Source: Rhodospirillales bacterium (lineage in GTDB: Bacteria > Pseudomonadota > Alphaproteobacteria > Bin95). Taken from it: a stretch of DNA of 56,958 nt. Numbering within the stretch: the stretch's first letter is position 1; every line of letters starts with the position of its first letter. A program made the position numbers and the translations under genes. Below are positions 9,309 to 18,931 of this stretch, one piece after another. The stretch is taken from NCBI GenBank assembly GCA_008081395.1, contig VMCJ01000026.1:1-56958 (forward strand), given 5' to 3'. Below the pieces are notes generated by a model. It was given only the letters and a program-made list of their open reading frames with translations, ran no database searches and was not told where the DNA came from.

Positions 9309-10501
9309 CCCAGAGCTTCATCAATTTCAGATGCGTCAAGCCCAACTTCTTCCAATATCGCACGTCCATCAGCTCCAAGCACTGGTTGTGGACGATGTAT
9401 GTTGGCGGGAGTTTTAAAGAAGGCGATAGGAGGGGTGGAGGTCAGGGTAGGGCCCGCGGTTGGATGATTGAGGCGTTTGAAAAAGCCGGTCGTATTTAAG
9501 TAGGGATCCTCAAATAATCCTTCTAGAGAGGCCATCGTACCGTTCGGAATATCAACACTATCGAGAATGCTGCGCCAGTGTTTGGTTGTATTTGTTGCTA
9601 GACGTTCCGCCACTAGGCCCAAGAGTTCATTAATGTTTTCTGTCCGACCTTCTAAGGTTTTGAAGCGAGGATCTTGGGCAGCTTGATCAAGGCCCAGCGC
9701 TGGTAAAAGGCGCGTCCATTGCTCGTTGGTAACAGCAAGAAGGCATATGTGGCCATCGGTTGTCGCGTAGGGACGCCGATGGGGAGTAAACATTCTTGGA
9801 AAACCAGGCTTGCCGCCTGGGCGATCAAGGGCCTTTTCCCAGAAATGGTCAGCAATATTGAAAGCGGTCATCGTTTCGAGCATTGGAAGGTGAACTTCCT
9901 GTCCTTGGCCGCTCTTTTCACGGGCAAAAAGTGCCATCCCCACGGCGCTTGCAAGTTGCGTGCCGCAAAATTTGTCCGCTAGTGCCATTGGGGTGAAACG
10001 TGCTTCGCCATTGGCAGAGGCAATCATTCCAGCCATTCCACTTTCGCCCTGAATTACATCATCATATGCTGGGCGATCCTTGTCAGGACCATGTCTGGCG
10101 TACCCGGTAGCAGACGCGTAGATCAGCCTGGGATTTTCTGCAGCAAGGGCCTCATAATTCAAACCAAGTCTTTCAACAGCACTGGCGCGCATGGATAACA
10201 CCAATACATCTGCCGTTTTGATAAGTCTTTTAAGACTATTGAGTGCGTTGGGTTTTTTGAGGTCTAGTTCGATACTTCGTTTATTACGGTTCATAGCCAA
10301 AAAATGAGCGGCCATGTTCATTTCATGGCCAGGCCCGAGGCGACGCATTGGGTCACCTCCCGGTGGCTCTACCTTTATAACGTCTGCGCCCATATCACCT
10401 AAAATTTGCGTGGCGAGGGGACCTAGTACGTTGATTGTGAGGTCAACAACTTTCACACCCTTTAGAGGGCCAGTTGCCTCTTGCGTATAGTCATCCCCCA
10501 T
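9305..10501 (-). CDS. Family III CoA-transferase, paralogue 2
   Basis: 398 aa. GVKVVDL..VLGP.ATQILGDMGADVIKVE and the conserved Asp in PAYDDVIQGESG. The start shares 1 nt with the upstream stop (TAATG). Confidence 0.9.
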   Translation of the reverse strand: MGDDYTQEATGPLKGVKVVDLTINVLGPLATQILGDMGADVIKVEPPGGDPMRRLGPGHEMNMAAHFLAMNRNKRSIELDLKKPNALNSLKRLIKTADVLVLSMRASAVERLGLNYEALAAENPRLIYASATGYARHGPDKDRPAYDDVIQGESGMAGMIASANGEARFTPMALADKFCGTQLASAVGMALFAREKSGQGQEVHLPMLETMTAFNIADHFWEKALDRPGGKPGFPRMFTPHRRPYATTDGHICLLAVTNEQWTRLLPALGLDQAAQDPRFKTLEGRTENINELLGLVAERLATNTTKHWRSILDSVDIPNGTMASLEGLFEDPYLNTTGFFKRLNHPTAGPTLTSTPPIAFFKTPANIHRPQPVLGADGRAILEEVGLDASEIDEALG

Positions 10502-11658
10502 TAGTCAAACCCATCTATCAAATTTTTGGCGATGATATTCCGTTGAATTTGGTTGGAACCCTCAATGATTTGCACCACCTTTGCATCTCGGAAATAGCGG
10601 TTAATAGGAAAGTCATTAGAGATTCCTGAAGCGCCAAAAATTTGCACGGCGTCTGTAGCAACCTTCATGGCGATATCGCTCGCATAGGCTTTTGCGATTG
10701 CTGCTGAATGAGCTAATTCTTTGCCTCTAACGCCTGCATCCGTCATTTGAGCGGCCTTGTAGACCAAGCCCCGTGCTGCTTCGATCTGCATCTCCATATC
10801 CGCAAGCATCCAACGCAGACCCTGAAAATCTGTTAGGGGTTGATTGAATGCTTGGCGCTCTCGCATAAAGTTGATTGCAAGATCCAGGGCGCCTTGAGCA
10901 AGGCCCACCGCCCGGGCGCCAATAATTGGTCGAGAGAGTGCCAAGGCGCTCATCACTTGCTTAAACCCCTTGCCAGGTTCGCCAAGGATGGCATCAGCGG
11001 GCAGAACAACGTCATCCAAAAATAGAGGAGATGATGGCACGCCCCGGGCACCTAATTTGTCTTCCTTAGGGCCAATTTGAAGGCCCTCTGCACCCGTGGG
11101 GACTATGAAGAAGTTGATATCCCCCCGAGCTTCCCCTGTCTTTGCGGCTAGGACGATAAAATCTGAGACTAAAGCGTTCGTACACCAGATTTTGGCTCCT
11201 GAAAGATGCCAGCCATCATTAGACATGCGTGCAGTTGTTTTTATGCCCGCTACATCAGAGCCAGATTGTGGTTCAGTGATCGAGAAAGCGGCTCGCAGGC
11301 TGCCTGATGCAAGGCGAGGTAAATACTTGTCCCTCTGGGCTTTTGTTCCTGCGGCCATGATTGCACCAAACGGTGTCCATTGGACAACCAGTAGATAGCC
11401 GGTGTTATAACAAACACGTCCCAGTTCCTCGGTAGCGACGCAGCCGGCCAAGAGACTATTCTGGCCGCCATATTCTTCCGGAAATGGCAAGGTAAAAATG
11501 CCAAGTTCCCGCAGCAAATCGAACATGTCCTGAGGATATTCCCCAGTCTTATCAATTTCTGCCGCTCGTTGGCTCACTCGTTCAACGGCAACGCGACGGA
11601 TGAGGTTTTGCACCTCAATAGCTTCAGGAGACATCTCATACATCCCCTGAGTTTCCAT
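10501..11658 (-). CDS. Acyl-CoA dehydrogenase
   Basis: ACAD fold motifs: FSITEPQSGSD, and the catalytic-base region IIEGSNQIQRN. The track ORF begins at a TTG (11727). The first ATG is 11658, with alternatives at 11643 and 11634. The 11634 ATG has AGGGGA 8 nt upstream. Confidence 0.9.
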   Translation of the reverse strand: METQGMYEMSPEAIEVQNLIRRVAVERVSQRAAEIDKTGEYPQDMFDLLRELGIFTLPFPEEYGGQNSLLAGCVATEELGRVCYNTGYLLVVQWTPFGAIMAAGTKAQRDKYLPRLASGSLRAAFSITEPQSGSDVAGIKTTARMSNDGWHLSGAKIWCTNALVSDFIVLAAKTGEARGDINFFIVPTGAEGLQIGPKEDKLGARGVPSSPLFLDDVVLPADAILGEPGKGFKQVMSALALSRPIIGARAVGLAQGALDLAINFMRERQAFNQPLTDFQGLRWMLADMEMQIEAARGLVYKAAQMTDAGVRGKELAHSAAIAKAYASDIAMKVATDAVQIFGASGISNDFPINRYFRDAKVVQIIEGSNQIQRNIIAKNLIDGFD

Positions 11659-11770
11659 TATATCTGCATGATACGTCCAGCTTTTTTGGTCCAAGCTTGC
11701 TAAAAATTTCAGGCGTGTTAGCCTCAACCGGTGTTATGAAGAGAAGAGATTTCAAAATAGGGAGAAAACA

Positions 11771-13360
11771 ATGCAACCCAAAACTTGGTTGGCCGGCCTA
11801 GCAGTTGTCGCTACGCTTGCTGTACCGGTTTTTGCTGCTGCTCAGCAGGCCGGGGGAACTCTGAAGCTTTACCACCGCGGTAATCCACCTTCAGGTTCGA
11901 TTCATGAAGAAGCAACTTATTCCACAACCATGCCGTACCAGAGCGTGTTCAATAATTTGGTGGTCTTCAATTCACAAAAAGACGTTGAAAGTATCGAAAA
12001 CATTGTTCCAGATCTGGCGACAAGTTGGTCCTGGGATAGCACTAAAACAAAGCTTACTTTTAAGCTTCGTGAAGGTGTGAAATGGCATGATGGTAAGCCT
12101 TTCACTGCTAAGGATGTCCAGTGCACGTTTGATTTATTGCAAGGTAAATCTAAAGCCAAATTGCGTAAAAATCCTCGGAAGTCTTGGTATTGGAACCTGC
12201 AAAAGGTGACCGCTGATAACGATTACCAAGCTACTATGCATTTAGGGCAGCCTCAGCCTGCGATGTTGGCATTGTTAGCTTCAGGCTACACGCCAATTTA
12301 TCCATGCCACGTCTCACCAAAAACAATGCGTACTAATCCTATTGGAACAGGTCCATTTAAATTTGTTGAGTTGAAGCAGAACGAATCTATCAAATTCGTG
12401 AAAAACGAAGATTATTGGAAGCCAGGTCGCCCATATTTAGATGGTCATGACTGGACAATTATCAAAAGCCGTGCAACCCGCGTGCTAGGTTTTATAGCAA
12501 AGGAATTCGATTTTACTTTTGCTAATGATATCTCCATCCCACTCTTGAAAGACGTGAACGAAAAATATTCTGAAGCGGTCTGCCATACGGCACCAACCAA
12601 TATCTCACTGAACTTGATTGTGAATCGTGAAAAGCCTCCTTTTGATAATGCTGACGTTCGTTTGGCAATGGCCACAGCGCTCGATCGTGATGCATTCATC
12701 AAAATCCTCTTTCAAGGGGAAGGCCAAAAAGGTGGGGCGATGTTACCACCGCCAAGTGGAACCTGGGGCATGCCTGATAACGTACTCGCCAAGGCTGCAG
12801 GCTACGGCGATAAGGCTGTTGACGTCAAAAAGGCTCAGGATTTGATGAAAAAAGCCGGTTACGGCCCAGATAATCGACTTGCAGTTAAGGTTTCGACGCG
12901 TAACATTGCGACCTATCGCGACCCTGCAGTTATTCTGATTGACCAACTCAAATCCATCTACATTGATGGAGAATTAGAGCCTATTGAGACTTCAAATTGG
13001 CATGCTAAGGTTGCCCGTAAGGACTACTCAGTGGGCATGAACCTAACGGGTATAGCGGTTGATGATCCGGATGTTACGTTCTTTGAGAACTATGCATGTG
13101 GTTCGCAGCGCAACTATACGGGCTACTGTAATAAGGAGCTGCAAGAGCTCTTCATGAAGCAGTCTTCTATGATTGATCAAGAAGCTCGTAAGAAGCTTGT
13201 CTGGGAAATTGACGCTAAGCTGCAGTTAGATGTAGCTAGGCCAATGATTGCCCATTACAACGCAGCTACCTGCCACGCCCCTAAAGTGAAGGGGTTTGTG
13301 CGCAAAAAGAATGGATCCTACAGCGACTGGCGCTTTGAGGACATTTGGCTGCAGCAGTAG
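11771..13360 (+). CDS. ABC transporter substrate-binding protein, family 5 (Dpp/Opp/Nik type)
   Basis: 529 aa. Signal peptide ..VPVFAAAQQ. Size and motif pattern (LATSW..S.D....TFKLR.GVKWHDG.PFTA.DV) of peptide/nickel-type SBPs. AGGGAGA RBS. Confidence 0.9.
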   Translation: MQPKTWLAGLAVVATLAVPVFAAAQQAGGTLKLYHRGNPPSGSIHEEATYSTTMPYQSVFNNLVVFNSQKDVESIENIVPDLATSWSWDSTKTKLTFKLREGVKWHDGKPFTAKDVQCTFDLLQGKSKAKLRKNPRKSWYWNLQKVTADNDYQATMHLGQPQPAMLALLASGYTPIYPCHVSPKTMRTNPIGTGPFKFVELKQNESIKFVKNEDYWKPGRPYLDGHDWTIIKSRATRVLGFIAKEFDFTFANDISIPLLKDVNEKYSEAVCHTAPTNISLNLIVNREKPPFDNADVRLAMATALDRDAFIKILFQGEGQKGGAMLPPPSGTWGMPDNVLAKAAGYGDKAVDVKKAQDLMKKAGYGPDNRLAVKVSTRNIATYRDPAVILIDQLKSIYIDGELEPIETSNWHAKVARKDYSVGMNLTGIAVDDPDVTFFENYACGSQRNYTGYCNKELQELFMKQSSMIDQEARKKLVWEIDAKLQLDVARPMIAHYNAATCHAPKVKGFVRKKNGSYSDWRFEDIWLQQ

Positions 13361-13385
13361 AGTTTTAAAACTGCGATCAAAGGAG

Positions 13386-13416
13386 GGATCTGGCATAAAG
13401 CCAGATCCTTCTCTTT
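13386..13416 (+). terminator. Intra-operon attenuator/terminator hairpin after the SBP gene
   Basis: Perfect 9-bp stem GGATCTGGC (13386-13394) / GCCAGATCC (13400-13408), 5-nt loop, followed by TTCTCTTT. It starts 26 nt after the SBP stop. Confidence 0.5.
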
Positions 13417-13456
13417 GAATTATTAAGTAATTCTAACCTTAAAAAGGCAGGCTGCG

Positions 13457-14401
13457 ATGGCGTCATACGTGATTAGACGCACACTTTTGATGGCTCTGAC
13501 CCTCATTGGGATATCAATTGTCATTTTTGGGCTGCTGCGGCTAGTACCCGGAAATATTGCGGATATTCTTTTTGATGCTGCAGGGTTCATTGACCCCGCC
13601 GAAAAAGCGGCGCTGGAAGATGAATTAGGGCTCTCTGACCCAATCCCCGTTCAATACTGGAATTGGATTTGGGGGCTTTTGCAGGGTGATCTAGGTTTTT
13701 CCTATGTAACAGAGTTGCCTGCGTACGACGAAATTGCTCCTCGTATTCCAATAACGGCTAAGCTTGCAGTTTTAGCTTTATTTTTCTCAGTACTTTTTGG
13801 ATTGCCTTTGGGTGTTATATCCGCGGTTAATCAGAATTCTGCGTTAGACTATGTCCTGAGAGTGGTAAGCCTCTCCGGCCTATCGCTGCCATCATTTTGG
13901 TTGGCACTTCTGATATTAATGGGGTTCGTGCATTGGTTCGATACAATACCAATTTATACAGATCCGCCAGATAATCTTTGGGATGAGTTAGTTCTCTATA
14001 GTATTCCTGCAGCCGCCGTCGGTTTCCGATCGTCTGCGCTAATTATGAGGCTTACTCGATCGTCTATGCTGGAAGTGATGCGTCAAGATTACATACGCAC
14101 TGCAAAGGCAAAGGGCGCGACTGATAATTCAGTGAATTATGGTCATGCATTGTCCAATGCAGTTCTTCCGGTTGTAACCATCATAGGCATCGAGGCGGCG
14201 TTTCTAATTGGCGGCCTTATTGTTACCGAAACGGTATTCAATATTCCGGGTGTTGCTCGTTTTCTTGTTGAAGCAATTCAATGGCGGGACTACCCAATCG
14301 TACAAAATTTGGTGTTGTTCATCGGGTTCGTGACAGTGGTTACGAATTTCTTGGTGGACATCCTTTACGTCGCGCTCGATCCGCGCATCAAATACGAATA
14401 G
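13457..14401 (+). CDS. ABC transporter permease (DppB/OppB-like)
   Basis: 314 aa. N-terminus YVIRR....L.L.GIS...F.L..L.PG and the EAA-loop region are typical of the binding-protein-dependent transport family. Confidence 0.9.
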   Translation: MASYVIRRTLLMALTLIGISIVIFGLLRLVPGNIADILFDAAGFIDPAEKAALEDELGLSDPIPVQYWNWIWGLLQGDLGFSYVTELPAYDEIAPRIPITAKLAVLALFFSVLFGLPLGVISAVNQNSALDYVLRVVSLSGLSLPSFWLALLILMGFVHWFDTIPIYTDPPDNLWDELVLYSIPAAAVGFRSSALIMRLTRSSMLEVMRQDYIRTAKAKGATDNSVNYGHALSNAVLPVVTIIGIEAAFLIGGLIVTETVFNIPGVARFLVEAIQWRDYPIVQNLVLFIGFVTVVTNFLVDILYVALDPRIKYE

Positions 14402-14414
14402 GAGAGCGTTGGCG

Positions 14415-15314
14415 ATGGCAAAACCGGTAATCGACCACGCAGCGGAGCTTGCCAAAGCAGGTGCAGGCGTGGATAGCAGGCTGAGCAAGGCTTGGTTTTT
14501 GGCGAAGAGTTATCCTTTAGGCGCAATTGGGCTTTTACTTTTTTTAGCCCTGGTTTTCTGTGGCGTCTTTGCCGAATGGATTGCGCCAATGGATCCAGTG
14601 AAAACGAATGCAGCTACGTCGCTGGCAGCGCCTGGAGCACTTCACGCGCTTGGTGCAGATATGATGGGGCGAGACATGCTCTCGCGTATCATTCACGGTG
14701 CTCGCATTAGTTTGGCGGTGGGTATTGGTTCTACAATCCTTGGATGCTTCTTTGGTGTAGTAATTGGTTTAGCATCTGGATATCTGCTCGGATGGTTTGA
14801 CCTGATCACTCAGAGAATTATCGATGTTATGCAAGCCTTGCCTCTATTAGTAATGGCATTGGTGATGGCGGCTGCTTTAGGGCCAAGTTTGGAAAACACA
14901 ATCATCGCCATATCGATTCCTCTTGTCCCACACGTGGCGCGCGTTATCCGTTCCAATACACTCTCCTTGAGGGAAATGCCTTTCGTCGAGGCCGCAAAAG
15001 CTATCGGGATGAGCGAGACCCGTATCGCCCTCAAGCATGTTCTGCCCAACACACTAGCTCCACTTATTGTGCTAGCAACAGCCCAGTTGGGGTCTGCAAT
15101 TCTGACGGAGGCGTCACTTTCGTTTCTAGGCCTGGGTATCCCTGAGCCACACCCCTCTTGGGGCAGGATGCTCTCAGAATCCGCGGCTGAATACGTTAGG
15201 ACAGCTCCATGGCTGGTCATATTTCCAGGTATTGCGATCAGTTTTGCGGTATTCGGTGCTAACCTTTTAGGTGATGCCGTCCGTGACATTCTTGATCCCC
15301 GTCAGCGGAGCTAG
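14415..15314 (+). CDS. ABC transporter permease (DppC/OppC-like)
   Basis: The track ORF starts at TTG 14409. The ATG at 14415 has AGGAGAG 8 nt upstream. HxLGxDxxGRDxLSRxxxGAR motif (HALGADMMGRDMLSRIIHGAR). Confidence 0.9.
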   Translation: MAKPVIDHAAELAKAGAGVDSRLSKAWFLAKSYPLGAIGLLLFLALVFCGVFAEWIAPMDPVKTNAATSLAAPGALHALGADMMGRDMLSRIIHGARISLAVGIGSTILGCFFGVVIGLASGYLLGWFDLITQRIIDVMQALPLLVMALVMAAALGPSLENTIIAISIPLVPHVARVIRSNTLSLREMPFVEAAKAIGMSETRIALKHVLPNTLAPLIVLATAQLGSAILTEASLSFLGLGIPEPHPSWGRMLSESAAEYVRTAPWLVIFPGIAISFAVFGANLLGDAVRDILDPRQRS

Positions 15315-15320
15315 AAGCAA

Positions 15321-16358
15321 ATGGCAGAAGAGACGGAAAATTCAGTGGTACATAAAGCGGCTTTGGAAGTGGAAGGTCTGCAAACCTACTTCTTTACCCG
15401 TGACGGTGTTGTCCGGGCGGTAGAAGAGCTTTCGTTTCATGTAGACCGCGGTGAGACCTTAGCAATTGTTGGGGAGTCAGGATGCGGTAAAAGCATGACG
15501 GCCCTCTCAATAATGCGACTTATTCCTAATCCCCCAGGCAGGATCGTTGGTGGCAGCATTGTGCTTGATGGGCAGGATCTTATGCAGATGTCTGAGGCAC
15601 AGATGCGAGACATCCGTGGTAACGATATCTCAATGATTTTCCAAGAGCCTATGACTAGCCTTAATCCCGTGATGCGGATTGGCAAGCAGATATCTGAGGC
15701 CTTAATTCTGCATCAAGGTATGTCAAAAGAGCAGGCCCTCCAAAGATCAATTGAGATGCTAAAGCTTGTCCGCATTCCTGAGCCAGAACGTCGGGTCAAA
15801 GAATTTCCTCATCAACTTTCTGGCGGTATGCGGCAGCGCGTAATGATTGCTATGGCACTAGCCTGTAATCCCAAGATTTTGATTGCGGATGAGCCTACTA
15901 CTGCTTTGGACGTCACCATTCAGGCTCAAATCCTTGATCTCATAGTTAAGCTTCAAGAAGACCTCGATACGGGCGTGATCTTGATCACTCACGACCTGGG
16001 AGTGGTGGCTGAAACGGCTGACAGGGTGATTGTAATGTATGCGGGGCGCAAGGTTGAAGAGGCTGACGTTAATACCTTGTTTGCAAACCCCAGACACCCT
16101 TACACGCGTGGTCTGCTAGCATCAGTGCCGCGGCTTGCTATCGTCGCTGGGGATGAAGAGGTTGAAGAGCGATTAGAGGAAATCCCGGGAATAGTACCCG
16201 CTTTACATTCGCTGCCGGAAGGTTGTGCATTTGCGCCCCGTTGCCCAGCTGCAACTGATGCATGCCGGCAGTCTAGGCCGGAATTTGAAGAGAAACAGTC
16301 AGGCCATTGGGCTGCTTGTTTCCGTTCCGACGAACTTTATGGAGCAAATGATGGCTGA
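15321..16358 (+). CDS. ABC transporter ATP-binding protein (DppD/OppD-like)
   Basis: 345 aa. Walker A GESGCGKS, signature LSGGMRQR, Walker [13 protein letters not shown], and the oligopeptide-type C-terminal Cys-containing extension. Confidence 0.9.
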   Translation: MAEETENSVVHKAALEVEGLQTYFFTRDGVVRAVEELSFHVDRGETLAIVGESGCGKSMTALSIMRLIPNPPGRIVGGSIVLDGQDLMQMSEAQMRDIRGNDISMIFQEPMTSLNPVMRIGKQISEALILHQGMSKEQALQRSIEMLKLVRIPEPERRVKEFPHQLSGGMRQRVMIAMALACNPKILIADEPTTALDVTIQAQILDLIVKLQEDLDTGVILITHDLGVVAETADRVIVMYAGRKVEEADVNTLFANPRHPYTRGLLASVPRLAIVAGDEEVEERLEEIPGIVPALHSLPEGCAFAPRCPAATDACRQSRPEFEEKQSGHWAACFRSDELYGANDG

Positions 16359-17337
16359 AGTCGAAACGGCATCTGAAGCGCCAGTCCTCGAAGTTGAGGA
16401 CTTGAAAAAGCATTTTCCTATTCAGTCAGGAATGCTTAAGCGCACCATCGGTCACGTTTATGCCGTCGATGGAGTTTCATTCTCCGTAGGTCGGGGAAAA
16501 ACATTAGGGTTGGTTGGAGAATCTGGCTGCGGTAAGTCTACCGTAGGCCGAACTGCAATGAGATTGCTCGAGCCAACAGACGGCAAAATTAAGGTTTCTG
16601 GTACGGATGTTACCAATCTTAGCAAAACGGAACTACGACCTTATCGTCGGCAGATGCAAATTATCTTCCAGGATCCATTCTCAAGCCTTAATCCGAGAAT
16701 GACTGCGGGGGAAATCGTTAAAGAGCCACTATACATTCACAATATAGGTGACGACGCCGAACGAGAGGAGATGACGAAAGCTCTTTTTGATCGGGTAGGT
16801 TTACGCCAATCACAGATGCAGAATTATCCGCACCAGTTTTCTGGTGGACAGCGTCAACGGATCGGCATCGCACGCGCTCTTGCCCTAAACCCCAGTCTGA
16901 TTGTTGGTGATGAACCAGTCTCTGCTCTTGATGTGTCTATTCAGGCTCAGGTGATTAACCTGATGATGGACCTGCAGGAAGAGAGAGATATGGCATATCT
17001 CTTCATTGCTCATGATTTGGCGGTAGTAGAGCATATCTCTGACGAAGTGGCTGTGATGTACTTGGGTCGCATCGTTGAAAAAGCAGATAAAAAAACACTC
17101 TTTACCAACCCACTTCACCCTTACACTGAAGCGCTGTTATCAGCTGCGCCTATCCCTGACCCAACTATACGGCGGGAAAAGAAAATTCTGCAGGGGGACG
17201 TGCCAAGTCCAATCAATCCTCCAAAGGGCTGTCACTTTCATACTCGTTGCCCTTATGCCGAGGAACGTTGCAAGGTCGAGGAACCTGTGCTGCAGAACAA
17301 AGGAAATGGCCATATAGTAGCCTGTCACCTGCGGTGA
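16348..17337 (+). CDS. ABC transporter ATP-binding protein (DppF/OppF-like)
   Basis: The track ORF (16225) extends into the previous gene. ATGs at 16348 and 16351 follow GGAG at 16341-16344. Walker [10 protein letters not shown], signature FSGGQRQR, Walker [13 protein letters not shown]. Confidence 0.9.
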   Translation: MMAEVETASEAPVLEVEDLKKHFPIQSGMLKRTIGHVYAVDGVSFSVGRGKTLGLVGESGCGKSTVGRTAMRLLEPTDGKIKVSGTDVTNLSKTELRPYRRQMQIIFQDPFSSLNPRMTAGEIVKEPLYIHNIGDDAEREEMTKALFDRVGLRQSQMQNYPHQFSGGQRQRIGIARALALNPSLIVGDEPVSALDVSIQAQVINLMMDLQEERDMAYLFIAHDLAVVEHISDEVAVMYLGRIVEKADKKTLFTNPLHPYTEALLSAAPIPDPTIRREKKILQGDVPSPINPPKGCHFHTRCPYAEERCKVEEPVLQNKGNGHIVACHLR

Positions 17338-17345
17338 AGAAGAGT

Positions 17346-18122
17346 TTAACTGCTTACGAGCAGTGTCATATTTTCTCGTTGTGGTCGAATACCTTTAAGG
17401 GTGTCGGCTAAGAAATCTGCACTGAAGTCTAGTTCGTCTATAGGAACAAATGGGTGCAAGCCACTGTTCGCGTGTAATCTCTTGTCAGATGAAGAGAAGG
17501 CATCGAACAGTGCAAGGCACTCCTCGCGGTTAAATAATTCATCCTCCAGTTGCATGATAAAAAATACGGGGCATGAAATTTCTTTGGCAGCCGCTTGGAT
17601 TGTAGGGGTGTAATGGGCCGGTTTTGATACAATACCCATGAGGCCTAGAACGGCTGCTGAAATTCTGGGTTCAGCCGCAACGAATGGTGCACCGTATATC
17701 GTACCCATAGAGAGGCCCCAGTAACCCACTGGGCCTGAGCCTACTTCGGGTAGAGATGATACTGCAGTCAATGCGTTACGCCAGTCACGCACCATCTCCT
17801 CGACTGTGCCAGGGCGTTCCCATTCAGGCCAGAATGCTTCTCGTCCACCAGCACCCACCTGACGCCGTCCATGGACTGGTCCATCTAAGGACAAGCCAAA
17901 GAACCCATGATCTCTTGCAAGTTGATTAGCTATGCGTGGAATTGGCCTTTGATGCCGGTCTCCTGACGCCCCATGACCGAAGCAAACCAAGGGTGCTCCC
18001 GGTTTTGTTGTTTCTCCGTGCCATAAAACACCGGTAATAGGGCGGTCGGTTTGCGAGATGGTAAACTCACGAATAAACGCATCTCTCTCACGCTTAACGT
18101 CTCCTTCCCATTGAATTTGCAT
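17346..18122 (-). CDS. Alpha/beta-fold hydrolase
   Basis: GHG oxyanion-type motif (VCFGHGASGD) and nucleophile elbow GLSMG. The track start 18155 is TTG. The ATG at 18122 has AAGAGG 7 nt upstream and lies 11 nt after the crotonase stop. Confidence 0.75.
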   Translation of the reverse strand: MQIQWEGDVKRERDAFIREFTISQTDRPITGVLWHGETTKPGAPLVCFGHGASGDRHQRPIPRIANQLARDHGFFGLSLDGPVHGRRQVGAGGREAFWPEWERPGTVEEMVRDWRNALTAVSSLPEVGSGPVGYWGLSMGTIYGAPFVAAEPRISAAVLGLMGIVSKPAHYTPTIQAAAKEISCPVFFIMQLEDELFNREECLALFDAFSSSDKRLHANSGLHPFVPIDELDFSADFLADTLKGIRPQRENMTLLVSS

Positions 18123-18133
18123 ACCCTTGCCTC

Positions 18134-18931
18134 TTATCTTTTTGATGTTGCCCAACGTGGCGGGCGTTTTTCTTGAAATGCAGCTATACCCTCGGCGGCT
18201 TCGTCACTTCTGAGTAATCGGGATAGGGCACTTGCAGCATCATCAAGAACTTCACTCATAGGAGCCTGACCCGTAAGTCGAATGATGCGTTTTATCTCTG
18301 CGACTGCAGTAGGTTCGGCCCAGGCAAGATTTGAAAGAGTGTTATTAAGAGATGCCTCAAAATCGCTGGAGGTTTCTGTTAGCTCATGAGCAATCCCGAT
18401 ACGATGAGCCTCGTATCCACTAATGACCTTGGCGATAACAGCCAACCGACGGGCCTCTCCCTCGCCAATTCTTCGCACCACTGTCGGAAGGATTTGGCTT
18501 GGTATAAAGCCAGCACGGGCCTCTGGCATTCCCAATTTAGCGTTGGCCATGCAGAGGACAAAATCTGAAGCACAAGCCATTCCAAGTCCGCCACCTACGC
18601 ATGCACCTTCAACCGCAGCAACTACCGCTTGTGGAAGCTCGTTCAGAGCCTCCAGAGCCTCTCCCATTCGCCGATAAGCCCTAGCCGTAGGGTCACTACT
18701 GCTCTCCTTTGGGAGATCTCGCATATGGCCTAAATCACCCCCAGCACAAAAATTACCGCCTCTACCTCTTAGGACCAATACTCTGATATTTTCGTTTTGG
18801 GCAATTGAATGGAACGTTTCCGTTAGTTCCGCCATCATCTTTTGGGTAATGGCATTTCTTCGTTCAGGTCTATTGAACCAGACTGTCCGCACAGGGCCGG
18901 AATCTTCTATTTCTATAGTTTCTAATTTCAT
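18134..18931 (-). CDS. Enoyl-CoA hydratase/isomerase (crotonase) family protein
   Basis: 265 aa. FCAGGDL oxyanion motif and VEGACVGGGLGMACASDF...GMPEARAGF. The second catalytic Glu is present. The first position is Gly (GGGLGM versus canonical GGGCEL). Confidence 0.9.
   Translation of the reverse strand: MKLETIEIEDSGPVRTVWFNRPERRNAITQKMMAELTETFHSIAQNENIRVLVLRGRGGNFCAGGDLGHMRDLPKESSSDPTARAYRRMGEALEALNELPQAVVAAVEGACVGGGLGMACASDFVLCMANAKLGMPEARAGFIPSQILPTVVRRIGEGEARRLAVIAKVISGYEAHRIGIAHELTETSSDFEASLNNTLSNLAWAEPTAVAEIKRIIRLTGQAPMSEVLDDAASALSRLLRSDEAAEGIAAFQEKRPPRWATSKR

Noticed and set aside
11659-11770. Direct GTGTTA repeats and a CAAGCTTG palindrome in the divergent ACAD/ABC promoter region, considered as regulator sites.
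   Set aside because: 6-8-mers of this kind are expected by chance, and there is no cognate regulator gene or second copy to support them.
16225-16347. Long N-terminal extensions in the ORF track at 16225, 43476, 34688, 53435, 31553, 28913, 46830, 11727, 18155 and 24935.
   Set aside because: They start at non-ATG codons or run through or antisense to the neighbouring gene. Each has a better internal start with an RBS or an ATGA/TAATG coupling, and the extension residues do not match the family N-termini.
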